In this document: positions 42,009 to 53,463 of the stretch, piece by piece | Layout of the letters: every line of letters starts with the position of its first letter | How positions within the stretch are numbered: position 1 is the first letter of the stretch | From: Deltaproteobacteria bacterium | Lineage (GTDB): Bacteria; Myxococcota_A; Polyangia; Fen-1088 | Length of the DNA stretch: 64,000 nucleotides | Assembly (NCBI GenBank): GCA_033763315.1 | Contig: JANRKS010000023.1 | Span: 32,001-96,000 of the forward strand | Direction of reading: 5' to 3' | Position numbers and translations under genes: made by a program | The notes under the pieces: generated by a model | What the model was told of the DNA's origin: nothing | What the model saw: the letters and a program-made list of their open reading frames with translations, nothing else | The model's database searches: none

Positions 42009-44006
42009 ATGCGAAAAGCATCAGGGCGCGTTTGGGCTCGCACACTCGTTGCTGCGTTCAGCGCGCTGTTCACTTTTACCTGCGTGTTCTGGATTGCGTT
42101 TGCACAGCCGTGGGTGGCGCGAGCCTTAAGTGAGCGAACGGGCTTCGCGGTGACCATTGGTCGCCTGTACCCCGCTTTTGGCGCGCGTGGGTTGGTGCTG
42201 GTTGTGCGCGATGTGGTCGTGGCCGGCCGCGCGCCGTTCGAGAGCGAGCCGCTGGCGTTTTGCGATCGAATTGAGATCAAGCCTGGGCGGCCCCTGGGGG
42301 TGGATGTGAGCGGGTTGGACTTACGCATCCTGGTCGCCCGCTCGGCCGACAATGTGCGCGGCGTGAGAAGAGGAAAAGGCGCCTCGCGCGTGGGCTCCGG
42401 CGGCGGCGTTGACCTGAAGGTGCACAGCGGCCGCGTGTCAGCTCTCGTGCAATTGCCTGGTGGGCAGCGCTTGGCCGCACGAGTGACGCAGTTGCAAGTG
42501 CAGCGCAACGCTTCGGGAAGCAAGGCGTCCCTAGGCGGCTTGTCCCTTGATCTTGCGGCGAAGCTTTCAGCACGGCTGCAAAACGCTGTCATCGAAATCA
42601 CCTCAAATCATGATGTTCTGGTACAGGGCCAAGAGCTTGCGGTGACGTTGCCCGGCGGCGCGCCGTTGCTCGCGGGCGTGGCCATTGAGGCCTCGGCCAG
42701 CGCCCGCGGTTGGACGGCTTCTGCGCATACGCCGGGCGCCAAAGGCGCCTTTGCAGCCCAGGCGGCATTCACGCCCGAAGGCCTAACGGCGCAGTTGGAT
42801 TTTCATGACCTACCGCTGGCCGGGTTCGCGCCGCTGTTCGACGTTATGGGCGTGGCCCTGCAGCGGGCCAGCGCCACGGCGAACGCGAGCGTTGCCTGGA
42901 CCCCAGGTTCAACTGAACTGGCTTGGCAAATTGAAGCGCAGGTGGGCCAAGTGGCCCTTCACCATCCGGCTCTCGATAAGGAGCCATGGCGCGCGCAAGC
43001 CGCCCGCGGCAAAGCGCAGGGCCGCTTCGATTGGCGCGAGGGCCGCCTCACGTTGGCTGACGCGAACGTTGTGCCGTTGGGGCTGCCAATCAAGATCGAA
43101 GGCTGGACCACCGTGTGGGGAGAAAAGCGCGGTGAATTGTCGCTGCTCACAGCGGATGGCGGGTGGGACTGCGCGCGAATGCCCGCGCGCTTTGCTCCTT
43201 CGGTTCAGGGCGCGCTGTGGGGCATCGAGCTTGGAGGCCGGCTGGAAGCCAGGGTTGATTTGGCGTTCAGTGCCGACGACTGGGACAAGCTTGCGTTGAA
43301 CATCCGTGTGCCTCGCAAATGCACGGTGAAAAAGGAGGCGGCGGTGTTGGCAAGTGATTTGCCGACCCTGGTGGCCGCCACTGGGCAACTGACCGATCGC
43401 CCTGCCCTGCCGGTGTCGCCAGCTTCGGCTGATTTTACGCCGCTGGCAAAGATGCCCCCACATCTGCTGGCCGCGTTCATGACCGCCGAAGACGCTGGCT
43501 TCTTTTCACACCAAGGCTTCGAGCCTGAAAACATTCGCAAAGCATTGGTCTATGATCTTGAACGTGGCCGTATGGCCCGTGGGGCCAGCACCATCACGCA
43601 ACAAGTGGCGAAAAACCTGTTCTTGTCGCATGACCGCACACTGGCACGGAAGCTCACGGAAACGGTTCTCACGTGGCGCGTGGACAGCCTGGTGCCAAAA
43701 CGTCGGGTGCTTGAGCTTTATCTCAATCTGGTTGAGCTCGGCCCGGGAATCCGTGGCGTGGGCGCCGCCGCGCGCGCTTACTTTGGCAAAGAGCCGGAGG
43801 CGCTGACACCTTTGGAGGCGGCGCATTTGGCCTCACTTCCGCCCAACCCGCGAGGGTTTGCACGTCGCTTTCGTGAGGGATCCGTGGACGACGGATGGCT
43901 CGCGCGGCTTTACGACCTTGTGGGAATTATGGGTCGACGAGGTCAGCTGTCAGCGGCGCAGGTCAGCGCCGCACGCGGCAGCCGTCTGAGGCTGCGCAAG
44001 ATCTGA
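42009..44006 (+). CDS. Monofunctional peptidoglycan transglycosylase (GT51) with large N-terminal beta-rich region
   Basis: AEDAGFFSHQG, GASTITQQVAKNLFL, RKLTE, KRRVLELYLN. No transpeptidase domain. Confidence 0.88.
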   Translation: MRKASGRVWARTLVAAFSALFTFTCVFWIAFAQPWVARALSERTGFAVTIGRLYPAFGARGLVLVVRDVVVAGRAPFESEPLAFCDRIEIKPGRPLGVDVSGLDLRILVARSADNVRGVRRGKGASRVGSGGGVDLKVHSGRVSALVQLPGGQRLAARVTQLQVQRNASGSKASLGGLSLDLAAKLSARLQNAVIEITSNHDVLVQGQELAVTLPGGAPLLAGVAIEASASARGWTASAHTPGAKGAFAAQAAFTPEGLTAQLDFHDLPLAGFAPLFDVMGVALQRASATANASVAWTPGSTELAWQIEAQVGQVALHHPALDKEPWRAQAARGKAQGRFDWREGRLTLADANVVPLGLPIKIEGWTTVWGEKRGELSLLTADGGWDCARMPARFAPSVQGALWGIELGGRLEARVDLAFSADDWDKLALNIRVPRKCTVKKEAAVLASDLPTLVAATGQLTDRPALPVSPASADFTPLAKMPPHLLAAFMTAEDAGFFSHQGFEPENIRKALVYDLERGRMARGASTITQQVAKNLFLSHDRTLARKLTETVLTWRVDSLVPKRRVLELYLNLVELGPGIRGVGAAARAYFGKEPEALTPLEAAHLASLPPNPRGFARRFREGSVDDGWLARLYDLVGIMGRRGQLSAAQVSAARGSRLRLRKI

Positions 44007-44160
44007 CAGAGACAAAAAACGCGAGCGTTGTGAAAAGTTCACGCGACGTTGGCCCCCGGGCGTGGTCTACCGTGTCAAAACAACGCAGCCTTTAGAGCCA
44101 ACGGGCTCATCCGATGTTATTCATCGACCCAAGGGAAATAAACCGGTGCACACATCACTT

Positions 44161-44751
44161 ATGCCTTCTCGTCGTCGCTTGTTGCGTTGGGGGGCCGCTG
44201 TCCCCACCTTGGTCATCGGCGCGCGTCGCTCGTCAGCTTCGATGGTGCTGGCGATGGAGTTGCCCGAGATCACCGCGGTTTCGGACGCAATCGTCGTCGC
44301 TGAGGTGATGTCCAGCCAGGCGCAATTTGAGGAGGATCATAAAGCGATCCGAAGCGAGGTTCAGTTGCGCGTGCAGGAATCTTGGAAGGGGCAATTTCTG
44401 GGCAAGACGCGAACCATCAAGGTCGTGCAGCCAGGCGGCGTCGTGGGGGATCTCGAAATGAAAGTGCACGGCTTGCCATCATTTCAGGTTGGCGAAAAGG
44501 CCGTGCTCTTTCTCACGGCCCGCGACAAAGCACACGCGGAGTTTGGCTTTGTTTTGACCGGACTCGGCCAGGGCAAGCGCCGGTTGTTTAGTGACGCCCG
44601 CGGGGAGTGGATGGCGGCGCCGCCTGATCGCTCGGCAGCCGTGCTGAAAACCCGCACCGGGGCCTTTGGACCGGCCTCGCCTGAACCGCAGATGCGGCTT
44701 TCGGATCTGCGCCAGCAAGTGAAGCTCCTGCTGGAGGCACAAGGCCGATGA
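44161..44751 (+). CDS. Exported hypothetical protein (possible Tat signal), partner of the downstream metalloprotease
   Basis: SRRRLL plus hydrophobic stretch, SDAIVVAEV, QPGGVVG, FQVGEKAVLFL. ATGA overlap with the protease gene. Confidence 0.65.
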   Translation: MPSRRRLLRWGAAVPTLVIGARRSSASMVLAMELPEITAVSDAIVVAEVMSSQAQFEEDHKAIRSEVQLRVQESWKGQFLGKTRTIKVVQPGGVVGDLEMKVHGLPSFQVGEKAVLFLTARDKAHAEFGFVLTGLGQGKRRLFSDARGEWMAAPPDRSAAVLKTRTGAFGPASPEPQMRLSDLRQQVKLLLEAQGR

Positions 44752-45647
44752 AACCCCTATTGAAAGCGACGTGCGCCGGCCTGGTTCTGGCCGCGTCGTG
44801 GGGCGGCGTTGGCCACGCCTACGTGCGAACGCGCGCCTCGGGAACCAATGTGGAGCTTGGGTGGAAGAGGTCCTGCCTCAACTTACGGTACCTGCTGGGC
44901 GGCCGCCCCACGAACGTTTCAGAAGAGCTGTTTCGCACGGCGGTCAATGAAGCGGCGGCGCAGTGGAGTTCATCCAAACTCGCTTGCACCAAGATGTTTC
45001 TGTCCACGTCGGCTTCCACCAGCACCACAAGCTTCGTGGAAGCGGACAAGGTCAACACAGTTCAATTTCGCAGCGATTTTTGGGGCCGCAACGCGCGCAA
45101 AGACGTTGACCGCGTGCCCTACCCGCAAAATGCCTTGGCCATCACCTCCGTGTTTGCGAACCGCCAGAGCGGCGAAATCGTGGACACCGACGTTGAGATC
45201 AACGCGATGTTTGCGATGTGGGGCGACGTGGTGGCAAATCCACAGCTATTGCGCAGCACCAACACCCACGATTTGCAAAACACCCTGACCCACGAGTTTG
45301 GCCACGTGATTGGGCTGGACCACACGTGTGATGGCGGCGGGCAATCCAATTTGGTGGACAACGAAGGCAAGCCCGTTCCCGCGTGCCCGGGCACCGCCGA
45401 AATTCAAGAAACCACGATGGCCGCCATTGTGATGCCTGGCGATTCGCTCAGGCGTACGCTGGCCAAAGACGATCAAGATGGCGTTTGCGAAATCTACCCC
45501 GCGGACGGCAAGCCGGCGTGTTCCAGCGACGACAGCGGCGGTGGCTGCACCTGGGCCCCAGGCCGCACGCCCGCGGCTCCGGCCGGTGTGCTGGCGGCGT
45601 TGGCGGGCTTTGCACTTATTTGGCATCGCCGCCGATCAAGGCGTTAG
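44748..45647 (+). CDS. Matrixin-like (M10) zinc metalloprotease with MYXO-CTERM sorting signal
   Basis: HEFGHVIGLDH, Met-turn TTM, C-terminal GGGC-TM-RRRSRR. Confidence 0.88.
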   Translation: MKPLLKATCAGLVLAASWGGVGHAYVRTRASGTNVELGWKRSCLNLRYLLGGRPTNVSEELFRTAVNEAAAQWSSSKLACTKMFLSTSASTSTTSFVEADKVNTVQFRSDFWGRNARKDVDRVPYPQNALAITSVFANRQSGEIVDTDVEINAMFAMWGDVVANPQLLRSTNTHDLQNTLTHEFGHVIGLDHTCDGGGQSNLVDNEGKPVPACPGTAEIQETTMAAIVMPGDSLRRTLAKDDQDGVCEIYPADGKPACSSDDSGGGCTWAPGRTPAAPAGVLAALAGFALIWHRRRSRR

Positions 45648-45667
45648 CGCGGCATAAACCCGAACCC

Positions 45668-45711
45668 AAAAGAAAACCCCGCAGGCGTCTCGCCAAGCGG
45701 GGTTTCTTTTT
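45668..45711. terminator. Bidirectional rho-independent terminator between convergent genes
   Basis: AAAAGAAAACCCCGC...GCGGGGTTTCTTTTT. Confidence 0.8.
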
Positions 45712-45739
45712 GCAACACGAGGCGTGTTGCGCGGCCTAA

Positions 45740-46813
<1,074 letters not shown>

Positions 46814-46996
46814 TTACGAGAAACGCTGCCGTCAACGCGCCGCGCTCCCTGTGGAACCGAGCCGGTTTTAGCACGGAATAACCACACAGGAACGAGCGGT
46901 TACCGAAAATTTTCGTGGGCGACCCGCGTAGGACATTTCGCATCACGTGCCTCGCGCGCTACGCACGGGCCGGCGGTGATTCAGGCGAATACGCGC

Positions 46997-48811
46997 TTAC
47001 GGACGGTAAGCCTGCAACGCGCCAAGAACAGCTTGCAAGCTTTGCTTCGCGGCACCCGTGGCCGTTTCCATGGCGGCGCGCACGTGCGGAAGCAAACCCA
47101 TGCTGGGAAATGTACACAGCCGCTCAACAGCCAAAGCGCGCAAAGCGCCATCGTCTTCTCGAATCACATCCAGCAGCACGAACGCCGCCTCCAAGATGGG
47201 CACATCGGCAATCGCGGCCAGCGCGGCTTCGCGCACAGCCACATCGCGCGACTCGCGGAAGATGCGCACGAGCGTCTCTAGGCCGTCGCGAAAATGAAGC
47301 CCGCGCAAGGCGCGCCGCGCTTCGGCACGCACCCGCTCGTCCGAATCATCTAAGCCGTGACGAATGGTTGTGAAGCTGCGCTTGCATAACACTTTGCCCG
47401 CGGCGGACATGACGGCCGCACGCACGTCAGGTGCGGCATGTGTCGCCAGTTTCTCAAGCGGCGACAAAACTTCGTAAACCTCCACATCACCCAGCCCCTG
47501 CGCAACGGCCCGCGCCGCTGTGGCGTCCTGTGGCCAATGGGGATTGTCGACCGCAACCAACAGCGCGACCAACGCCGCGCGCGCAAAGCGCACGTGATCG
47601 GTGCGTTCCACAACGATCAGCGTCAGAGCGGCCTCGGCGTTTCCAGCCAATTCCCACTCAATCAGATCTTGCCAGGCGATGTCTTGATAAGCGCCTTTGC
47701 TTTTATACGCCTGGGGCAAAGCGCTTTCGCCCATGGTTGCCGTGGTGGGCGCGGCCGACCGCGCGTAGCGATCGGCCAGGGTCACGTAACGTTCGATGCG
47801 CCCGGGCTCAAGTGGCAGCGCCGCCAACGCCTGGTACACACGTGCAAGAAGCTGCAGATCGCCCAGCGACGTGGCCGCGTCCAAGGCGGCGGACAAAGCG
47901 TTTTCGGCAAGCTCGGGCGTTTGCCCTTGGGCCTGGCTTTGCGTGGCCGCCGCCATCCAAAAATCAACCGCGCGCTTGAGGAATTGCGTCTCAAACGACA
48001 AGCCGTGCCGGCGGCAATATTCGGCCGCATCCAACGCAACCGCCGCTGCCGCATGAAACTCTGTGCGGTCCGCGGCCGCCGCCATAAAATCATCGAGGTA
48101 CTGCAGCGCGAAGTCGCGTTGACCATCAGCAATCAAGATTCGAATCGCGTTGATATACCCTTCGGCCAGGTTCTCGAACGCGGTGTTCGGCCCCTGCCCC
48201 AACCGCAACAGCAACAAATAGCAATCGAACGCACGTTCGCGCTGCCCGCGGCTTTCGTATTCATCGGCCAGCGCTTCAAGGCGGCCTATCGCATGATGCG
48301 TGTCGGCCGCTTCGGTGTTGCCCAGTTCGCTTTCGACTCGCGCGCGCATCAATTCCACCAAGGCGCCTTCATAGGCTCGACCGCGCAAAACCGGCTCGCG
48401 TTCCAAACGTTCCCACAACACACGAGCGCCCGCGTAATCGTCGGCGGCTTCAAGCTCCCGCGCGGCCAACACCAACAGGCCCGCACGTTCTAAACAACGA
48501 GCCGCTTCCTTGCGCCGGCCTTGCCGCCCCAAAGCCAAGGCCCAGGGCAACGGGTCTTGTTCGGGGTGAAAGGCCGCTTCAACTTCGGCAAAGCGCCGCA
48601 GCGCCAGCAGGATGAAGCCTGCGGCCCGCTTGGCACCAAGGGCACGGTAGGCCGCCATCGCACCTTCAAGCCAGCTTTCATAAAGGCCCGGCTCGAACAC
48701 AGCGACACGCGAAAGCAAGCTCTTGTACAGGCCCAACGCTTCGGCGGGGCGGCCGGTTCGCAAAGCGCGATCGGCTCGCTCCTTCGCTTCAACCTCGTCA
48801 CGCGTGGGCAC
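46997..48811 (-). CDS. TPR/alpha-solenoid protein with C-terminal HEAT repeats
   Basis: All-helical repeats, then PDVRAAVMSA, DERVRAEARRAL, VAVREAALAAI. Overlaps the vWA gene stop. Confidence 0.75.
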   Translation of the reverse strand: MPTRDEVEAKERADRALRTGRPAEALGLYKSLLSRVAVFEPGLYESWLEGAMAAYRALGAKRAAGFILLALRRFAEVEAAFHPEQDPLPWALALGRQGRRKEAARCLERAGLLVLAARELEAADDYAGARVLWERLEREPVLRGRAYEGALVELMRARVESELGNTEAADTHHAIGRLEALADEYESRGQRERAFDCYLLLLRLGQGPNTAFENLAEGYINAIRILIADGQRDFALQYLDDFMAAAADRTEFHAAAAVALDAAEYCRRHGLSFETQFLKRAVDFWMAAATQSQAQGQTPELAENALSAALDAATSLGDLQLLARVYQALAALPLEPGRIERYVTLADRYARSAAPTTATMGESALPQAYKSKGAYQDIAWQDLIEWELAGNAEAALTLIVVERTDHVRFARAALVALLVAVDNPHWPQDATAARAVAQGLGDVEVYEVLSPLEKLATHAAPDVRAAVMSAAGKVLCKRSFTTIRHGLDDSDERVRAEARRALRGLHFRDGLETLVRIFRESRDVAVREAALAAIADVPILEAAFVLLDVIREDDGALRALAVERLCTFPSMGLLPHVRAAMETATGAAKQSLQAVLGALQAYRP

Positions 48812-50258
48812 GGCTTACGTCCTGCAAGATGTCTAACGCGCGCCGCTTGCGGGCGTCGGCGTTCGCAAAGTCGGCGGTGGTCAGAATTTGGTGCTTGTGC
48901 AGCAACGGCAGATAGGTGAGCGCCAGCGGCCGCGAAGGCAAAACGAACACGCCATAAAGCTGCGCCACTTGCGCAAGGCCTTCCACGAGCGCCGCGGGAA
49001 TGTGACATTCACCATGCGTGATGAACGTGATCGCCAAGTCTCGGCCCCCACGCCGTTTGCCTCGCCGCGCTTCATTCAAAAGATCGTCAAACACGCGCGC
49101 GTAGTGGCGGCCATGTTCAGAGCGAAACGAAAGGATATGTGGCAGATCATGGCCCCCAGCGGCTCCCACGGGAATGCGCCGGTGCAAGCGGCTGTCGAAG
49201 AAACGGAAGCTGACGCTGTCGCCCTGCAGGCTAAGCTTCTTGCATAAGGCCACCGCCAAACCTCGCGCACAAACCTCACGCAGGCCCCGCATCGAAGCGG
49301 AAGCGTCAACCAACACCCAGTGTTCGCGCAAAATGGATTCAGCGCGACGTTCGTGCCCGTAGTAAAGCAGCTCGTCGCTCAAAACCTTGTGGGCAAAGGT
49401 ATCTTCATCGTGCGCCAACTCGGACGGCAAGATGGCATCCAGGCTGCCTCGCCTTTCAACAGAAGAATAGCCATCGATCGAAAACCGTTGCGACGCTGTG
49501 GAGCGCTTGGTTTCCAACACCGACGGCAGCAGCTGCAAAGAAAACTCAACCGCACGGCCACCCGCCGCGCTGCCCATCAAATTGTAGAGATCCAGCAGAT
49601 TTGCAGGAGCCGATCCCGAGAACAAACCAAGCAGCCGCAACGGCCCAAGATCCAGTTGTTCGGCGCGGGCCACCACGAAGTCACGTAATGTGGCAGCGGC
49701 CGACATGAAGCCCAGGCACCACGATGGATCGTGAAGCACAGCCAGGTCGGCGGGGGTGCTGTGGCTCGATCCGGCCGTGGGCAGCGGCGCGCCTGTGCTG
49801 GGCCGAACGCCCGCCCCCACCCACCGGCGGTAAGCATCCACCAACAGACGCGCGATCAACACCGCCTCGTATTCGACAGGCAGCGGTCGTCGAGCCGTGT
49901 GCTCGAACGCGGGAGTCGAAACCAGCCCACGCAGCAGGCCCACGTAACGCGCGAACAGTTCTTGGGTGCGTCGGTCCCAACCACCTCGGCCAGGGACCCG
50001 CGCAAGTTCAGCGTCAGATGGTGGCGCGCCCCCACTCAACAGCCGCTGCAGATCATAAACAACGAACAGCGGCGGTTCGTAGCCGAGGCGGGCCAAGGCG
50101 TTCCGGCATGCGATGGCCTGCCCCACCGCCGTTGCCCCCACGAGGGGCGCTGTGGCTGCAAACACCAAGGTGGCCACCTGCTTGCCAAGCTCAAGCGCAC
50201 GACCGGCGGGCGAGCCTCCGTCTGCGTCCTCGTCAGCCAGCGCGCCCGACCGTACCAT
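48798..50258 (-). CDS. vWA-domain protein (CoxE/ViaA-like)
   Basis: GSLDAILPSELA motif, MIDAS VLVDASASM, FRFFD, ITFITHG. Confidence 0.8.
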   Translation of the reverse strand: MVRSGALADEDADGGSPAGRALELGKQVATLVFAATAPLVGATAVGQAIACRNALARLGYEPPLFVVYDLQRLLSGGAPPSDAELARVPGRGGWDRRTQELFARYVGLLRGLVSTPAFEHTARRPLPVEYEAVLIARLLVDAYRRWVGAGVRPSTGAPLPTAGSSHSTPADLAVLHDPSWCLGFMSAAATLRDFVVARAEQLDLGPLRLLGLFSGSAPANLLDLYNLMGSAAGGRAVEFSLQLLPSVLETKRSTASQRFSIDGYSSVERRGSLDAILPSELAHDEDTFAHKVLSDELLYYGHERRAESILREHWVLVDASASMRGLREVCARGLAVALCKKLSLQGDSVSFRFFDSRLHRRIPVGAAGGHDLPHILSFRSEHGRHYARVFDDLLNEARRGKRRGGRDLAITFITHGECHIPAALVEGLAQVAQLYGVFVLPSRPLALTYLPLLHKHQILTTADFANADARKRRALDILQDVSRAHA

Positions 50259-50311
50259 GGGGTAAGGTTACCGCAGGTTGGCGGTGGTGGCGCGCGTCCG
50301 AGTGAGGGTGG

Positions 50312-51166
50312 TTACTTGCCAGCACGCCGGCGGGCCGAAGCCAGCGTGCTTTCCATCAGCATCGCAATCGTCATCGGACCCACTCCGCCCGGCACAGGCG
50401 TGATGGCGGCCGCATGAACGGCGGCCGCTTCGGTATCCACGTCACCGCACAGTTTGCCACCTTCGGGGCGGTTCATGCCGACATCGATGACCACGGCGCC
50501 CGGCTTGATCCAATCTCCTTTGACGAACTTGGCACGCCCGATCGCAGCCACCAGGATGTCCGCCTGACGAATGATGTCGGGCAGGTTCGTGGTCTTCGAG
50601 TGGCACAAAGTGACGGTGGCATTGGCGGCCGTGAGCAACACGGCGGCTGGTTTCCCGACGATGTTGGAACGGCCCAAGACAACGGCGTGTTTGCCCTCAA
50701 CGGACAGCCCATCTTCTTGAATTAGGCGCATGACACCTGCAGGGGTGCAGGGAACGAAGCGCGGCTCGCCCATCAACAGGCGGCCCAAATTGTCGGGGTG
50801 AAAGCCATCGACGTCCTTGGCAGGGTTGATCGCCAAAAGCACTTTGCGGCTATCGATGTGTGCGGGCAGTGGCAACTGCACCAAGATGCCGTCAACGGCC
50901 GGATCTTCGTTCAGCGCGTTGACCAGCGCCAACAGATCAGCCTCCGAAGTGGTGTCGGGCAGATGGTGATCGAAGGCACGAAAGCCGATCTCGGCGCAGG
51001 CTTTCGTTTTATTGCCAACGTAAACCTGGGACGCGGGATCCTGGCCCACCAGCACCACCGCGAGGCCGGGCTGAAAACCAGCTCGCGTCAGTTGCTCGGT
51101 TTCCGCTTTGAGCCCTGCGCGAATGCGCGCCGCCAGTCCCTTGCCGTCGATCAGCCGTGCAGCCAT
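50312..51166 (-). CDS. folD: Methylenetetrahydrofolate dehydrogenase/cyclohydrolase
   Basis: [49 protein letters not shown]. Confidence 0.97.
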   Translation of the reverse strand: MAARLIDGKGLAARIRAGLKAETEQLTRAGFQPGLAVVLVGQDPASQVYVGNKTKACAEIGFRAFDHHLPDTTSEADLLALVNALNEDPAVDGILVQLPLPAHIDSRKVLLAINPAKDVDGFHPDNLGRLLMGEPRFVPCTPAGVMRLIQEDGLSVEGKHAVVLGRSNIVGKPAAVLLTAANATVTLCHSKTTNLPDIIRQADILVAAIGRAKFVKGDWIKPGAVVIDVGMNRPEGGKLCGDVDTEAAAVHAAAITPVPGGVGPMTIAMLMESTLASARRRAGK

Positions 51167-51265
51167 CACTGGCGAGTAGCACGAGGCCACCACAGGTACA
51201 AGAGCTGTCGTTGGGCCGTGGCGCTTTGCACGCAACTTCGGCCAATTGGTGGCGATAAAGTGGCT

Positions 51266-52915
51266 ATGTTTGCACACCTGACACTGTTCGTGGCTTGGGC
51301 CGCCATCGCGGAGGCGCAAGCAGGCGCGCCCGCGGAAGTGGTGGTGGCTGGCCCAATCTTCGATGTGGCCATGACCGCTGGGCATGTGTGGGCGCTGCAG
51401 GAGGACGCGCTTGTGATGCTGAGCCACGAGGGGCAGATCCTGCGTCGCTTGCCGCTTCCCACGCAGCCGCCGATGGATGACGGACGAGGGCAAGCCGCAG
51501 CGCAAGCGGCCAGAGACAACGCCCTGTTCAACAAGTTCGGCGTGCCGGATACCGTGCGCGACACCACCGGTGGCGAGGATTGGCTTGACGACAACCGCAC
51601 GCGTGCAGACAAGGCAACGCCTCCGCCAGCTTCCGTGAAAGCCTCGCTGCGGGGGCCCTGGACAATGCGAGCGTCGCGCGACGTTGTGTATGTGGCCTCA
51701 GAACAAGGTGCGTGGCAGGTGGTTGACGACGATCCCATCTGGCGGCACGTGGCCGCCCCGCCCGCCTCCGGGGAGACTCAGCGCAAACCAGCCGATCTCT
51801 CGGTTCTCTCAACCTGCAACGGCGGCGGGCGCGTGTTCGCGAACGCACGGGAAGGCCTATTTGTTTTGCACGCAGCCGCCAGCGTCAGTTGGCACAAGGT
51901 TCACGGCCCCATCCCATTTCCGCAGCTTCGATGCACGGACGCCGCGCCGGATGTGTTGCTGGCATTCGCCCCTCGCGGCGCAGGCGGTGCGCTGTCGCTC
52001 GATGCCGGGGGCCACTGGCAGAACGTGCCTGGCCTTGAAGGGCAACCCGCCATCGGTATGGTGGCCACAGAATCGATCGTTTGGGTGGCCACAGCGTTCG
52101 GGCTGCTCGCTGTGTCGCCAACAGCGCCAGCGGCGCCCGATGTGGCGGTGCCTCGCGTGTTCGCGCCGCCCGCGCCGTCCAAGTGGCGCACGCTGTTGCC
52201 GCAAGTTCATCTGTCGGCGCAATGGCAGCGCGGCTCGCAATCTGATGGGCGTCAAACCGCGGCGGCCGCCGCATTTCTTTCGGCTGAATTTCTTTTGAAC
52301 GGCAACGACCGTACTTTAAGCCAGGCGGCCCAGCCTCCCATTCGCTCGCAGGTTGCTGCCGATGGGCCGGGGGCACAGGCGCAACCTCCGCCTTGCCTGA
52401 CGCGCCTACGGGACACCGCCGCCGCACTTGCATTGGCGGATCCTGAACGCATGCGTGCCATGGCAACACGTGCCCGCAGGGCAGGTTGGTTGCCCGAACT
52501 GCGTTTTCGCGCCGAAAAGCGCTGGGGGCGCAACCAGTCGCTCGATCTCGACGATGGGACCACCATCGCACCGCTTGGGCTGGACACCGTCAACGACCTG
52601 CGTGTCGAGGTGCGAGCCACTTGGGATCTGGCCCGCGCCGTTTATTCGCCCGACGAGTTGGCGGTGGCGATAGGCACGTTGCGTGTGGTGGATGCCCGGC
52701 AGGAGCTGATGACTCTGGTCAACCGCCTGTTTTTTGAACGGCGCCGGCTGGCGGGGGCGGTGGCCGCAACACGCACGGAAGTTGGTTCAAACAGTGAATC
52801 AGCACCTGACCCTACATCGGGGCCCGAGGATCGGGAGCCTCTTCTTGCCCGGCTCGGGCGTTTGACGGCCGACATTGATGCGCTGACGGGCGGCTTGGCT
52901 CAAAGCTGCTGGTAG
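51266..52915 (+). CDS. Exported hypothetical protein: BNR/propeller-like N-terminal region plus TolC-repeat-like C-terminal region
   Basis: Signal peptide, Asp-box SLDAGGHW, then LLPQVHLSA / WLPELRFRA...VRATWDL...[11 protein letters not shown]. Confidence 0.6.
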   Translation: MFAHLTLFVAWAAIAEAQAGAPAEVVVAGPIFDVAMTAGHVWALQEDALVMLSHEGQILRRLPLPTQPPMDDGRGQAAAQAARDNALFNKFGVPDTVRDTTGGEDWLDDNRTRADKATPPPASVKASLRGPWTMRASRDVVYVASEQGAWQVVDDDPIWRHVAAPPASGETQRKPADLSVLSTCNGGGRVFANAREGLFVLHAAASVSWHKVHGPIPFPQLRCTDAAPDVLLAFAPRGAGGALSLDAGGHWQNVPGLEGQPAIGMVATESIVWVATAFGLLAVSPTAPAAPDVAVPRVFAPPAPSKWRTLLPQVHLSAQWQRGSQSDGRQTAAAAAFLSAEFLLNGNDRTLSQAAQPPIRSQVAADGPGAQAQPPPCLTRLRDTAAALALADPERMRAMATRARRAGWLPELRFRAEKRWGRNQSLDLDDGTTIAPLGLDTVNDLRVEVRATWDLARAVYSPDELAVAIGTLRVVDARQELMTLVNRLFFERRRLAGAVAATRTEVGSNSESAPDPTSGPEDREPLLARLGRLTADIDALTGGLAQSCW

Positions 52916-52985
52916 CGAGTTTGGACCTCCGCACTGATTGGCGTACGATGAAGGGGCGCTGCTCTTTGGCGCCTAAAGAACGCTC

Positions 52986-53441
52986 ATGACCAAGGCCCCT
53001 GGCGGAACCTATTCTCCGAATGACTCGCGCAAGCACCCGCGGTTTTCAATCGACGTGGACGCGACGATCAAGCGCAAGGGCATCGACGACTTTAAGGCAC
53101 GCACGCGCGACTTGTCTTTGACGGGCATCTGTTTGATCGCCGCAGAACCGTTGGTTGTGGGCCGAACGGAAACCATCAGTTTGGTGTTGGCGTTTGGCCA
53201 AGGCGCGTATTCAGAACCCCTGACCTTGCCCACGCGCGTGGTTTGGTGCACTCGCATCGGCAGCTCGTACCAAATCGGCGCGATGTTCGAAGATGTGAGC
53301 GACGAACAAGACAGCTACCTCGACATGTTCTTGCAGTTTTTGGACGGCACGCTGTCTCCGCGCGGCGCAGATGTGGGCGACGTTGAAGATGAACCTCGCG
53401 CGCCGTCCCCCGACGAGCTCGACAATCCCTTTCGCCGTTAG
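52986..53441 (+). CDS. Stand-alone PilZ domain protein
   Basis: RKHPR (RxxxR) and DLSLTG (DxSxxG) c-di-GMP motifs, RVVW. Confidence 0.88.
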   Translation: MTKAPGGTYSPNDSRKHPRFSIDVDATIKRKGIDDFKARTRDLSLTGICLIAAEPLVVGRTETISLVLAFGQGAYSEPLTLPTRVVWCTRIGSSYQIGAMFEDVSDEQDSYLDMFLQFLDGTLSPRGADVGDVEDEPRAPSPDELDNPFRR

Positions 53442-53463
53442 CGCCATAGACGCCACGTTGGCG

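Noticed and set aside
44030-44044. CRP/FNR-like site TGTGA-N5-TCACG
   Set aside because: The spacer is one base short of consensus and there is no other support.
50798-51265. Upstream extension of the 705-aa ORF
   Set aside because: Antisense to folD; the signal peptide begins at the ATG at 51266.
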